Shown one piece after another: positions 38,353-48,541 of a stretch of DNA of 64,000 nt. The DNA is from Candidatus Heimdallarchaeota archaeon (GTDB lineage: Archaea; Asgardarchaeota; Heimdallarchaeia; Hodarchaeales; Hodarchaeaceae). The stretch covers positions 122,487-186,486 of the forward strand of contig JBHLSH010000002.1 in assembly GCA_048881705.1 (NCBI GenBank), in the 5' to 3' direction. The notes beneath the pieces were generated by a model that saw only the letters and a program-made list of their open reading frames with translations, made no database searches and was not told where the DNA came from. The position numbers and the translations under genes were made by a program. Position 1 is the first letter of the stretch. Every line of letters begins with the position of its first letter.

Positions 38353-39357
38353 ATGGAAATGACCATCGTAAAACACAAAACACTTGGTCAGATAATTGGC
38401 TTTCGTTCCTTTGTTTTTGGAATAATCCTGGCCATAGGAGTATATTTAGCTATTTTAATCCTAGGTGATTGGGATACTCTTCTAATTAACCTTTTTAGGG
38501 TTAATCCTCTTATACTTGTGCTAGCTATTCTATTAAGTCTTACCAATTATATATTTCGGTTCTTCAAATGGCATCTGTTCACACGTAGCTTAAACCTTGA
38601 GATTCCGCTTCGTGATAATTTCACTATCTTTATGGCGGGTCTAAGTCTCGCAATTACACCCGCCAAGGTTGGAGAATCTATTCGGGCCTTTTTATTGCAA
38701 CAGAAAAAGGTATCGGATCTATCGAGAGGATTAGCTTCAACCTTTTCCGAACGTTTGATAGATCTATTAGCTGTGACCATCCTCGCTATTATTGGAGTTT
38801 TCGCCCTCGATCTTCGCCCCTCGCTAGATTATCTACCATTACTTCTATTCATCCTCTTTGGGATTTTCTTCGGTGTTTTAATATTCTTAATTGACCCTCT
38901 CTATGCTCTTTTTAGCAGGGTATTTAACACAGGACCTTGGGCCAAGTTCGGGGCAAGAATTGATCGTTTTCGTACCGATGTAGTTTTCACGTTTCAATAT
39001 CGTGTCTTTATCGGTGCTCTTGGATTTGGTATCATCGGGTGGGCCTGTGAAGGAATAGGTTTTATGCTGATTGCCAATGATCTGGGAGTTCTTGTTACCT
39101 TAGAAACTGCCATATTTGTGTACGCAACCTCATCGTTGTTAGGTGCAATATCTTTCCTACCAGGCGGCTTAGGGGTCACAGAAGGAAGTATAGAAATTTT
39201 TCTTTCTGATCTATTAAGTACAGAACCTCCTATTGCCGGAGCATTAATTATATTAACACGCGTGTGCACTTTATGGTTTGGAGTCGCGATAGGCCTTGTT
39301 TTTTTGGGTATCTCTAACCGTTCATTATCGGGATTAGACAATGTAGAAAGGGATTAA
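38353..39357 (+). CDS. Lysylphosphatidylglycerol-synthase-TM / flippase-like protein (UPF0104)
   Basis: RFFKWH, TPAKVGE..RA, ERLIDL, LPGGLGVTEG, R..TLW. Confidence 0.9.
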   Translation: MEMTIVKHKTLGQIIGFRSFVFGIILAIGVYLAILILGDWDTLLINLFRVNPLILVLAILLSLTNYIFRFFKWHLFTRSLNLEIPLRDNFTIFMAGLSLAITPAKVGESIRAFLLQQKKVSDLSRGLASTFSERLIDLLAVTILAIIGVFALDLRPSLDYLPLLLFILFGIFFGVLIFLIDPLYALFSRVFNTGPWAKFGARIDRFRTDVVFTFQYRVFIGALGFGIIGWACEGIGFMLIANDLGVLVTLETAIFVYATSSLLGAISFLPGGLGVTEGSIEIFLSDLLSTEPPIAGALIILTRVCTLWFGVAIGLVFLGISNRSLSGLDNVERD

Positions 39358-40641
39358 ATGATGGAATCAGTTACAATTATTGGTCTTGGCTATGTTGGTC
39401 TTCCCCTTTTTTGTTTAGTTGCTGAAAAGGGCTATCAGGTCTCAGGTGTCGATATAATTGAGGCCAAACTAAGGCAGATTAAGCAGCATCAACTCACATA
39501 CGAGGATGAAATTGTAAAACGTTTCTACCAAAATGATCCGGGCCATCTGCGGCTGACTTCGAATGCCTCTGAAACAGTCCCGGATTCGGACATTATTGTT
39601 ATTTGTGTTCCGACCCCCGTCGATTCGAACCGTATGCCTGATTTTTCTCCATTAATGTCCGCAATTCAGTCAATAGTTTCAGAAATTCGGCCCGAACAAC
39701 TTGTAATCGTGGAATCAACCATATATCCAGGTACCATTGAGGAGATTGTTCTTCCAATCCTCGTAAAATCGGGATTAAAGCCTGGCAAGGATTTTTACAT
39801 TGCACACTGCCCCGAACGAATCGATCCGGGGAATAAAAAATGGACGCTAAAAAATATCCCGAGAGTTTGCGGTGCCCTCAGCCAAAAGGGTCTCCAACAT
39901 GCCGTGAAGTTCTATGAGTCGATTATTGATGCCCCGATCTATCCCTTATCTAGCTTGAAAGCCGCCGAAGCATGCAAAGTTGTTGAGAACAGTTTTCGTG
40001 ATATTAACATTGCCTTTGTTAACGAGCTTGCCATGTCATTTGATAAGATGGGTATTGATACCATGGAGGTAATTCAGGGGGCAGCCACAAAACCATTTGC
40101 TTTTCTTCCGCATTATCCAGGTTCTGGCGTGGGAGGACATTGTATCCCTGTTGACCCATATTATCTCATTAAAAAGGCGGCAGACATTGGTTTTGATCAT
40201 GAATTCCTACGTATGGCTCGAAAAATTAATGACGGAATGCCAAACTACACAGTAATCCTCCTTAGAGAGCTGATTTCTCAGGCAGGACGATCACTTAAAG
40301 ACTCAACAATCGGCCTGTTAGGAATAGCCTTTAAGAGGGGGATTGGTGACTTTAGAAATAGCCCCTACTTTCAGATCAAAGAAATACTTGAAGTACAGGG
40401 TGGCACGGTACTGGCGTTTGATCCAAACGTCCGATCGCTTTCATCTGTTTCCACCATTGATGAATTGCTAGAGGAAAGCGATTTCTTGATACTTATCACT
40501 GACCACCCTGAATTCCTAAATCTTCCACCATCCAAACTAGCTGAGAGCGGCATTATTGGCATTATTGATGGGAGGAACGCACTATCTAAAGAGGGGATCA
40601 AAGATCTAGGGATTTTGTACAAGGGGATAGGACAAACATGA
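39358..40641 (+). CDS. UDP-N-acetylhexosamine 6-dehydrogenase (WbpA/WecC family)
   Basis: GLGYVGLP, CVPTP, ESTIYPGT, CPERIDPG, K.VEN.FRDINIA..NE, GVGGHCIPVDP. Confidence 0.93.
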   Translation: MMESVTIIGLGYVGLPLFCLVAEKGYQVSGVDIIEAKLRQIKQHQLTYEDEIVKRFYQNDPGHLRLTSNASETVPDSDIIVICVPTPVDSNRMPDFSPLMSAIQSIVSEIRPEQLVIVESTIYPGTIEEIVLPILVKSGLKPGKDFYIAHCPERIDPGNKKWTLKNIPRVCGALSQKGLQHAVKFYESIIDAPIYPLSSLKAAEACKVVENSFRDINIAFVNELAMSFDKMGIDTMEVIQGAATKPFAFLPHYPGSGVGGHCIPVDPYYLIKKAADIGFDHEFLRMARKINDGMPNYTVILLRELISQAGRSLKDSTIGLLGIAFKRGIGDFRNSPYFQIKEILEVQGGTVLAFDPNVRSLSSVSTIDELLEESDFLILITDHPEFLNLPPSKLAESGIIGIIDGRNALSKEGIKDLGILYKGIGQT

Positions 40642-40664
40642 TAAATACGTATCTCTGAGGTAGC

Positions 40665-41675
40665 ATGATGTCAAACCAGACCCCGAGGATTACTATCATT
40701 GGAACTGGAAGAATGGGCTACAACCACGCGCGATTATTAGGAAGATTAGGTTTTTTAGATTCAGTTGTAGACATAGACCGCCAAAGGGCTGAAGCAATAG
40801 GGGAGCAGTTTAAAAAACCCTGGTATACAAGTATTGAAGACTTAGTCAAGCATCGTTCACCAAACGGGGTGATTATTGCCGTACCCACTAGGTTCCACTC
40901 TGAAGTTGCTCGCAGCGTGATTGAATTCTTACCTGATTTGCAGGCCATGCTTATCGAAAAACCCATCTCCTCTTCAACAGAGGATGCACTACAACTGAAA
41001 AAGTCCTTGAAGCAAACTCATGTGAAAACTATAGTTGGGCACATTGAGGTATTCAATCCTGTTGTAACGCGGATTCAGGAGATTGTTAATCAGGACATTA
41101 TCGGATCTATGCGATCCATCCTTTTTCAAAGACGTGGAACCATAACCGAATCACGAATAGAGGCGGTTGGCGATATTTACGAAGATATCGGGGTTCATGA
41201 CTTTGATGTCGCATCTCGACTGATACCGAAAGGTAAAATACGTTTATTCTCAGTTGCTATTCAATCAGAAGGAGTAGATAACTCTAGCACCATTATTCTT
41301 TCGCATGATTCAGAAGAACTATTTGTGACCTTTCTCTTGAGTCGAGAGCATGCGGGCAAGGTGAGGATGATTGATATCGAAGGTACTAAGGCTACACTGA
41401 TAGCCAATTTACTTACACAAGTCATCGAACTTCGTAGTTTAGAGATCGCTCGTGGAGAAACGGAAAGCTCAGCGATACGCATTCCATTTTCCAATGGAGA
41501 ACAGGTGAAGGTCTATGGAGAACCACTTTTGCTAGAAATCTGGAATTTGATCGACTGCATCCGGGGGATAAGCGTACCCCTCGTCTCGCTTGATGACGGG
41601 ATAAACGCTCTAAAATTAGTAGAAGCCGCACGTCAAAGCACACGAACAGGACAGTCGGTACAATTGGAGATCTAA
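40665..41675 (+). CDS. Gfo/Idh/MocA oxidoreductase (WbpB-like UDP-sugar 3-dehydrogenase)
   Basis: IGTGRMG..HAR, EKP, VGHIEVFNP, DIGVHDFD; follows the WbpA-like gene. Confidence 0.88.
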   Translation: MMSNQTPRITIIGTGRMGYNHARLLGRLGFLDSVVDIDRQRAEAIGEQFKKPWYTSIEDLVKHRSPNGVIIAVPTRFHSEVARSVIEFLPDLQAMLIEKPISSSTEDALQLKKSLKQTHVKTIVGHIEVFNPVVTRIQEIVNQDIIGSMRSILFQRRGTITESRIEAVGDIYEDIGVHDFDVASRLIPKGKIRLFSVAIQSEGVDNSSTIILSHDSEELFVTFLLSREHAGKVRMIDIEGTKATLIANLLTQVIELRSLEIARGETESSAIRIPFSNGEQVKVYGEPLLLEIWNLIDCIRGISVPLVSLDDGINALKLVEAARQSTRTGQSVQLEI

Positions 41676-41689
41676 AGGCCAAATTCGTA

Positions 41690-42541
41690 CTAAAAATGAA
41701 AGAAAAATCTCCAGCCAAAATATTTGCGAACTTCTTTATCTGTTAGCCTCCAATTTTCTCTTCTTCCGTCTAGGTAGCCTCTAAGAAATGTAAGGGCGCC
41801 CCTTTTGGCTAGAATTACTTTTAAAAGCAATAAGATAGGATTGTACCCGAAATGAAAGGTTAAACGTCCGTTTCGATATAGATCCTTCCCTGCAACCCTC
41901 GTTGTTGGCCGTTTTTGGTACATATACACATGATCTAATTGAGGAGTCTTATATCCACGGACTTTCGCCTTTGTATTAATCCAGGTATCCCAATCAATGT
42001 CAGGAAAATCCCGATCTTTGATGGTAGACAGAAGGGACGTTCTTATGACTTTTCCCGAACCTCGGGCGTCTCGACGCCCAAACTTGGACCCGATGTTTAT
42101 TTGTTCAACATATTCTTCCCCATTTTTCAGAATTTTGATTGCTCCAGAAACACAACCTAATTCGGGATTACGTTCCATTTCTCCAATTATAACTTCATAA
42201 TAGGACTCTGTTAGGCTAGTATCTGCGTCTATCGTACCTAAATAATCAAAATTTTTTCCTTTTCGAATTTCAAACCAAGCACTGTTGAATGTCCTTCCGA
42301 CTGTATCTAAGTTGGGTGCAGACTTCAATGGCATTCTTAAGAACCGAATAGTTAATTGTGAATAGGTAAGTGAAAGTCGCTCGATCTCCTTCCTAACGCC
42401 AGAGTCCGGAGACCCATCATCCACTATTAATATCTGTTCAGGTTGGAAAGTTTGCTTTTCTAGCGATTGTACACACTCTTCCAACATCTGATATTCATTG
42501 TAGATCTTGATTACGACACATAAATTAGGCGTTGACGTCAC
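41690..42541 (-). CDS. Glycosyltransferase family 2
   Basis: IKIYNE, IVDDGS, IDAD. Confidence 0.88.
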   Translation of the reverse strand: MTSTPNLCVVIKIYNEYQMLEECVQSLEKQTFQPEQILIVDDGSPDSGVRKEIERLSLTYSQLTIRFLRMPLKSAPNLDTVGRTFNSAWFEIRKGKNFDYLGTIDADTSLTESYYEVIIGEMERNPELGCVSGAIKILKNGEEYVEQINIGSKFGRRDARGSGKVIRTSLLSTIKDRDFPDIDWDTWINTKAKVRGYKTPQLDHVYMYQKRPTTRVAGKDLYRNGRLTFHFGYNPILLLLKVILAKRGALTFLRGYLDGRRENWRLTDKEVRKYFGWRFFFHF

Positions 42542-42581
42542 ATGACCTCACGTTATCAAACTATTCGCCAATTCAGTAATT

Positions 42582-44606
42582 TTATTTTTGTAAATGCCTT
42601 CGCAATATGAAAATCACGCTTATTCCCAATAATAGAGGAATCATCATAAATCCCTCTGAAGTGTTCGTAATGGTCGTAGTTTCGGTGGATGAGGCTTTTG
42701 ATGTGGTTTTACCTGTTGATGGATCACTGCTTGGGACTTGGGTTGTTCCTAAACTTGTAGAAGAAGAGCTCGTTGTAGCAGTAGCAGTGCTAGTATTCGA
42801 GACAATAATTGGAGGTGGAAGCGTACCGTCAAATGTAATCAGATATGAATGTATCCCCGTGGCAGGAAAAAGCGTACTATTGGCATATTGATCATAGGGC
42901 GTCCCGTCCATTAGAACATCCTTGATGATACCGTTTCGGGTAAAATTAAGGAGGATAAATCCACTAGATTTTGCATTTACTGATTCTAGACGAATTCGTT
43001 TCTGGTCAACATCCACACTCACACCTGTAAAGGCCCCAGGCAAACCATAATCATTCGGTAAACTTGTAGGATTCCCATATGCCCAATCGATCATCACATC
43101 ATATGATGGGATAATTGCGTTTTGTAGAGCCAAAATGGCTTCAATCGGTGCAAGATCGAATACAATGGGTTGATTACCGCCATAAGTCATGGGCTGCATG
43201 GTGTTTGTGTCGATAAGATTGGAGTATCCCTTTGCGAAACGATGTTTAGACATAAATTGCTGATAGTGCGCGTAAGCTTTGTCCAAGTACTTGGGATCTT
43301 GGGTGTAGTGGAAAACCAGGGAGGCCGTACGGGCAACCATGAGATTGGCAGAGGCTCCGAATTGACTCTGAGTCTTAAATGTACTTGGAGAATGGATAAC
43401 CAAGGATTTGCTCATGAGAACCCCCGTTGGATAAACTGGATCAGACCCCATAAACTCTGTATCAAAGTCTTCTATTGCTTTCTCGAGAAATTCAGCCTTG
43501 CCAGTGATTTCAAATGCCCTTATCATAGCATAATCCACCCAAATCGCATTCATCTCTGGAATAGCGCTTGTTTGCGCATTCTGGATATTTTCAGTTGAGT
43601 ATGTGCATTTATATACCCAAAGAGGTGGTGTTGTGGCAATACGCCACATATAGCTGGCAATTGCACTAGCGGTTTTATCAATCAAGTCATAGTATGTATT
43701 GTTCCCCGTTCCAGCTAATTTATTCTGATCGTTAAGGAAATAGGCCAATTCAAGGATATTCAGCCAGCCAGTCATGTCGTAATGAGCAATTGTACTATCA
43801 CGAACGGCTTTTGTCTCTGCATTGACCTCACGTGGTAATAAGTTAGTTTTTGGAGATCTTAAACTCCATATTCCCTCAATAAATTCATCGGCCCATTGCT
43901 TATAGGTATTATTCCCCGTAATCTTGTAAATCCAGAGGAGTTGACTTAGTTTCTTGAGGCCAGCATTTTTCCAGGTAAGATGGAAATCTGTAGAAACAAT
44001 TTGACCCGTTGATGAATCAAGGGATGAATAAAGGAGATTGCTTGGGGATGTGAAAAGTTCGTGGTTTCCTCTAACGAGTTGCTCGAAGTATGGGATATAG
44101 CGAGGATCTTCCAACGCAATGGGTGCGAAAAAAACTGCAGGAGCCACATAAGGTTCCAATATAGTATCAGTAGTCCAATCATAACCAAATATTGCCCTCC
44201 CAGTTTTGTTCCCCCGATTGACGATTCTAGTCGAATATTGAATGAGATTCTGGAACATGACCCATGCCTGATCTAGATAGGAGGTATCGTTCGTGATTTT
44301 GTACATGGAGTAATACGTTGGAAGAAGATTCAAAGTGTCAGCCCAGGTGTAATTATAATCAGAGGAAACTCTGGTACGGTAGTGAAATCCTGTTTTGACC
44401 GGTCCAGAATCATCCTTTCGCGACTGAAGACGATCCCATGCATATATGGCGTCTTGATAAAGCTGGTATATAGAAATCGATCCGCTTGGAACCGTGGACA
44501 GAGATTTCACTAGTGCACTCCGGTCAGGATATGGTTTGATATCAAATAATCCGAATGAAATTAATACTAGCAAGAGGAGCAGGCATAATCTCCAATAATG
44601 AATCAT
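42582..44606 (-). CDS. Secreted, C-terminally anchored alpha/alpha-barrel glycosidase-like protein (GH47-like) with PGF-CTERM-like tail
   Basis: N-terminal hydrophobic signal from ATG 44606 (track start 44642). Repeated Y..T.[DN]..YL..A helices, a Ser/Thr-rich linker, then EGF + TM + RRHLQK. Confidence 0.75.
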   Translation of the reverse strand: [674 protein letters not shown]

Positions 44607-44835
44607 TTTTTTTCTAAGATGCAGCTTTTTAGCCCCGAACAAGCCTATTACAGAAACCTCTTACACTAAAACACGCAGATCAGTGCTTAATCATACAAAT
44701 CATGATATTTAATAGCATTACGAATTAGGAAACAGTTTGCTAAAGTAATTGGTAAGAAAGAATATTTGATTTCCTATAGCAAGGGTAAGTTTAATCCGTA
44801 TCAAATACACCAGTACATACATTATGGGATAAAGA

Positions 44836-45702
44836 GTGGAACAAAAAAAAACCGTTGCAGTCGTAATACCAGCTCGAAATGAAGCAAAATCAATCGTTCA
44901 AGTTTTAAATTCTCTGAAAAATCAGACAGTACTCCCTAAGGTTGTAGTGGTAGTAGATGACGGATCAAGGGATACGACACCTGAAGTTTTAAAATCATAT
45001 CACTCAGCCCAGTATCATTTGATCATCAAAGAGCGACCAGAACGCATAGGAGGCAGGAGCTTGGTTGGTACGCCCGAAATAGCCAATACCTTCAATAAAG
45101 GATTTGAAGAAGCCAATAAGGCCCAATGCGATTATATCCTAATTATTGGTGCGGATATTTTATTAGAACCGCAATATATTGAAAAGATGTTATTGGAGTT
45201 TTCTAGGGATCCCTCCTTGGCAATAGCATCGGGACACACATTACGAATCACAGCCAATCCATCGCACGCGCGGGGGGCTGGACGGCTGATAGATTCTCGG
45301 TTTTGGAAATTTTATGGTGGAAAATATCCTCCTATTTATGGATGGGAGGATGACTGCTTGATGCAATGCCGACGAATGGGCCTTAAGGTGAAGCATTTCT
45401 CCCATATTTTATATGATACTGTAAGAAAACCCCAAGGTACAATTGATTTCATGAATTGGGGCAGAGCGGCTCGTGCCATGAGGTACCATCCAGTAAGTGC
45501 CGCTTTACGAGGTATTCGATTCCTTCTTTTCCAAAAATACGGCCTTAAAAACACCGTTAGATTCTTTGCCGGTTATTTTGTAAACCCACCCAGAGAGATA
45601 ATATCCAGAACCCAGCGACAGAACCGAGATTTCATGCGAAGGTATCAGGTTCGTCAAATCCCCGAGAAGATAAGTTCTATTCTCACCCGGAAATTAACCT
45701 AG
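44836..45702 (+). CDS. Glycosyltransferase family 2
   Basis: IPARNE, VDDGSRD.T, IGAD; same subtype as 41690-42541. Confidence 0.88.
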   Translation: MEQKKTVAVVIPARNEAKSIVQVLNSLKNQTVLPKVVVVVDDGSRDTTPEVLKSYHSAQYHLIIKERPERIGGRSLVGTPEIANTFNKGFEEANKAQCDYILIIGADILLEPQYIEKMLLEFSRDPSLAIASGHTLRITANPSHARGAGRLIDSRFWKFYGGKYPPIYGWEDDCLMQCRRMGLKVKHFSHILYDTVRKPQGTIDFMNWGRAARAMRYHPVSAALRGIRFLLFQKYGLKNTVRFFAGYFVNPPREIISRTQRQNRDFMRRYQVRQIPEKISSILTRKLT

Positions 45703-46455
45703 GAATTCTTTTAGTTCATCTTGAGACGGATAGTTTATTAGCACAGCTCTAAGAGGCCCATGGAATACAAACATACTCCCAGCAGCTACTGCGGAGGCGC
45801 CTGCCACCCGTACTGCTTCTCGAAAGTGTTGTAAGCTCCCAGCACCTCCACAAGCGACGACTGGGATATCCACTGTCTCATTAACTTTCTTAATCAGTTC
45901 CAAATCGTAACCTTCCATTGTACCGTCTCTATCGATGGAATTGATTATTATCTCCCCTGCTCCTAGAGTTTCTACCTGCTTTGCCAGTTCTTCAGGGGAA
46001 TAATCAGTCCTTTCCAAACCAGAACGGATGTAAACTTGGTTCTTCCCAAAACGGTTCTTTCTTACATCAATTGAAATGACGATGCTTTGACTACCAAAAA
46101 TTTCAGCCGCCTCATTTATGAGCTGGGGACTTTCGATGGCGGAGCTGTTTAAGATAACCTTTTCGGCACCGTTCTTCAGGATGGTTCTAATATCTTGAAT
46201 AGATCGAACACCCCCCCCATAACCGAACGGCATAAAACACTCAGTGGCAATATCTTTGATGAGATCAAACTGAGGAGAAGTCTTATCACGACTAGCCATA
46301 ATATCAAGGAAGGTTAATTCATCTACTTCTTTTTCATTAAAAATCCTTACAGCATTGATTGGATCTCCTACGTACTTGGGATCTTTAAATTTGACTGTCT
46401 TAACTAGACCTCTCCCTCTTAACAAGAGAACAGGAATAACTCGAGTTTTAAGCAA
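45694..46455 (-). CDS. hisF: HisF-like cyclase-fold subunit of a sugar amidino-transfer module (AglZ/WbuZ type)
   Basis: RVIPVLL, YVGDPINAVRIFNEKEVDEL (HisF2 subtype), GYGGG, SIDRDGT..GYD, CGGAG, AAGS.FVF. Confidence 0.88.
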   Translation of the reverse strand: MLKTRVIPVLLLRGRGLVKTVKFKDPKYVGDPINAVRIFNEKEVDELTFLDIMASRDKTSPQFDLIKDIATECFMPFGYGGGVRSIQDIRTILKNGAEKVILNSSAIESPQLINEAAEIFGSQSIVISIDVRKNRFGKNQVYIRSGLERTDYSPEELAKQVETLGAGEIIINSIDRDGTMEGYDLELIKKVNETVDIPVVACGGAGSLQHFREAVRVAGASAVAAGSMFVFHGPLRAVLINYPSQDELKEFLG

Positions 46456-47082
46456 TCAGCAAAGCTCCACAAAATTCTCCAGTAGCTTCATCCCATATTT
46501 ATGGCTTTTCTCAGGATGATATTGCACACCATAAATATTGGCTTCTTCAAGAGAAGAACAAAAAGTAATCGCGTATTGGGTTGTAGTTAATTCCTGCTCT
46601 TTTCGATTACAATTAACGTAATATGAATGAACGAAGTAAAATCGTGGATTTTCATACATATTAGAAAATAATTTACTCTCTCTTTGAATGTCTACAGTGT
46701 TCCACCCCATGTGAGGAATTTTAAACCCATTTAAAACTGGAAATCTTTTGGTTTCTGCATCAATCCATCCGAGACCTGGGGATGTCCCCTCCTCGCTTGT
46801 TTTCGATAATAATTGCATTCCCAGACAAATTCCTAAAAACGGGACTTTTTCTTTTATTACCTTGGTATTGAGGATAGGAAGGAGATCTAATTCGGAAAGA
46901 TTGTCCATTGCTTTCGCAAAGGCCCCAACACCTGGTAAGATGATTTTTTCGGCTCCTTCAACGACTGCTATGTCCGAGGTTAGAACTGCATTAGCACCAA
47001 TTCGTTTAAGCATATTCATTATTGATCCTAAATTGCCCATTCCATAGTCAATGACTACGAGAGTACGTTCCACCTTCATCAC
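46456..47082 (-). CDS. hisH: HisH-like glutamine amidotransferase subunit (AglY/WbuY type)
   Basis: IDYGMGNL.S, LPGVGAF, GICLGMQ, PHMGWN, YFVHSY, QYHPEKS. Confidence 0.92.
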   Translation of the reverse strand: MMKVERTLVVIDYGMGNLGSIMNMLKRIGANAVLTSDIAVVEGAEKIILPGVGAFAKAMDNLSELDLLPILNTKVIKEKVPFLGICLGMQLLSKTSEEGTSPGLGWIDAETKRFPVLNGFKIPHMGWNTVDIQRESKLFSNMYENPRFYFVHSYYVNCNRKEQELTTTQYAITFCSSLEEANIYGVQYHPEKSHKYGMKLLENFVELC

Positions 47083-47128
47083 TTCTCTGAAATTAGTTGG
47101 TACCCCTTGATACCGTCGTTATTAAGGA

Positions 47129-48283
47129 TTATCGTTTTCTAAATCGTTGGAATTGTTCCTTAAAAGAACGGGGATTTACCAGGGTCTCTAAAATCCGAAT
47201 CGGGATGCGAACCAAATTATCTGTACCGTAATTTTGATGTGGTACAATAGGGAGATTCATGATTTTCCTAAAATCTTCTTCAGATAGCTCGAATTTTTTT
47301 AAGACATATTCCTTATCATATTCAAGCTGTTTAGGATCGTAGAGAGGTTTTTCTAGCTCAGTGAGAGCCATTATTCGAGTAATCTGATTAGAATTAATGA
47401 GCGTTGACAGATGCATTCTACGCTTATCTATGCCAAATTTCTCTGGAAGAACATAAGACTGGTAGAAATGCGTCCAGCGAGATTCATAATGTTTTCCTCC
47501 ATAATCTTTCCATCCTACCTCTTTTTTCAATGCTTCTTTTGCTTCATTCCGTACATACCGCACATAATTAAGTGGAAAAAATCGTTTCATTCTTTTAATC
47601 TTCTCATAATACGTGATTTTTCCATAACCTGCCATTGGATAGGTTTCCAACCTCTTATGCCCAAAACGCTTGTGAATTGACTTCAAATTTCGCAAATCAT
47701 TCTTGCGCCAGTCCCATGCCGCTACTGCGATTCCTTCGGTGACGACATTGTTTCCTCCCAGCAAATATTTGATTTTCATATCTCTTGCAACATTTAAGAC
47801 CGTAGCCCTAATTGCATGATCGGAAGCCACTTCAATATCAACAACAGATGCCCATAAGTAGGCCAGTTGTAGATCCTTAAATTCCTCCCAGTCAACCACA
47901 TGTGTATACAGATCAAAATCTAGTTTTTTTGAGATATTTTCGATATTATTGACCGCTAGCTCGGAATCCCAACCATTGTCAAAGTGTACTAGCAGAACGC
48001 GGAGGCCGAGCAGATGAGCGACATATGCAGCATAACTACTGTCTACTCCTCCACTTATACCCAACACACAGTCATACTGCTTGTCTCGGCCATGTTTCTT
48101 GATGTTTTCGACAATGGATTGTAGTTCAGCTTCGTTGCCAGTTTTAAGCAACTTCTTGGCTTTTCTCTCGTAGCTATGGCAATGATTACAAATTCCTTGA
48201 TCGTCAAATGATATTTGGGGATCAGAAGTATCCATAACACATCTCGTACAGATTTGATAGGCTCTCTCATTCGCAGTTGTCAT
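47129..48283 (-). CDS. N-acetyl-sugar amidotransferase (AglX/WbuX/WbpG type)
   Basis: YQICTRCVMDT, GICNHC, DCVLGISGGVDSSY (PP-loop), HFDNGW, GW..YGGKHYES. Confidence 0.92.
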   Translation of the reverse strand: MTTANERAYQICTRCVMDTSDPQISFDDQGICNHCHSYERKAKKLLKTGNEAELQSIVENIKKHGRDKQYDCVLGISGGVDSSYAAYVAHLLGLRVLLVHFDNGWDSELAVNNIENISKKLDFDLYTHVVDWEEFKDLQLAYLWASVVDIEVASDHAIRATVLNVARDMKIKYLLGGNNVVTEGIAVAAWDWRKNDLRNLKSIHKRFGHKRLETYPMAGYGKITYYEKIKRMKRFFPLNYVRYVRNEAKEALKKEVGWKDYGGKHYESRWTHFYQSYVLPEKFGIDKRRMHLSTLINSNQITRIMALTELEKPLYDPKQLEYDKEYVLKKFELSEEDFRKIMNLPIVPHQNYGTDNLVRIPIRILETLVNPRSFKEQFQRFRKR

Positions 48284-48541
48284 CTTTCCAGCAACCTCAA
48301 ACCCGTGACCTTACCGTAAATTATTCTTGAATGGCCCAATAACTAATCCTATCCAAGTTCTTCTAGATTTTCTAAATCACCATATTAACCTTGGTGTACT
48401 TCATGAATAATTTGAATTACCCTCTGCTACAAATATTTTAAGTGGTTCACTGATTTCTCATAGACAGGAACAATTAACATAACGATTCTATTCATGTCGC
48501 TTCTTAAGGTAAAACATCAAAGAATCAGCAGCTGACACAGA

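Noticed and set aside
42660-42810. Low-complexity repeat-like DNA
   Set aside because: It encodes the Ser/Thr-rich linker of the surface protein and is not an independent repeat.
45694-47082. hisF/hisH as histidine biosynthesis
   Set aside because: HisF2-type signature, coupling to a sugar amidotransferase, and no other his genes nearby.
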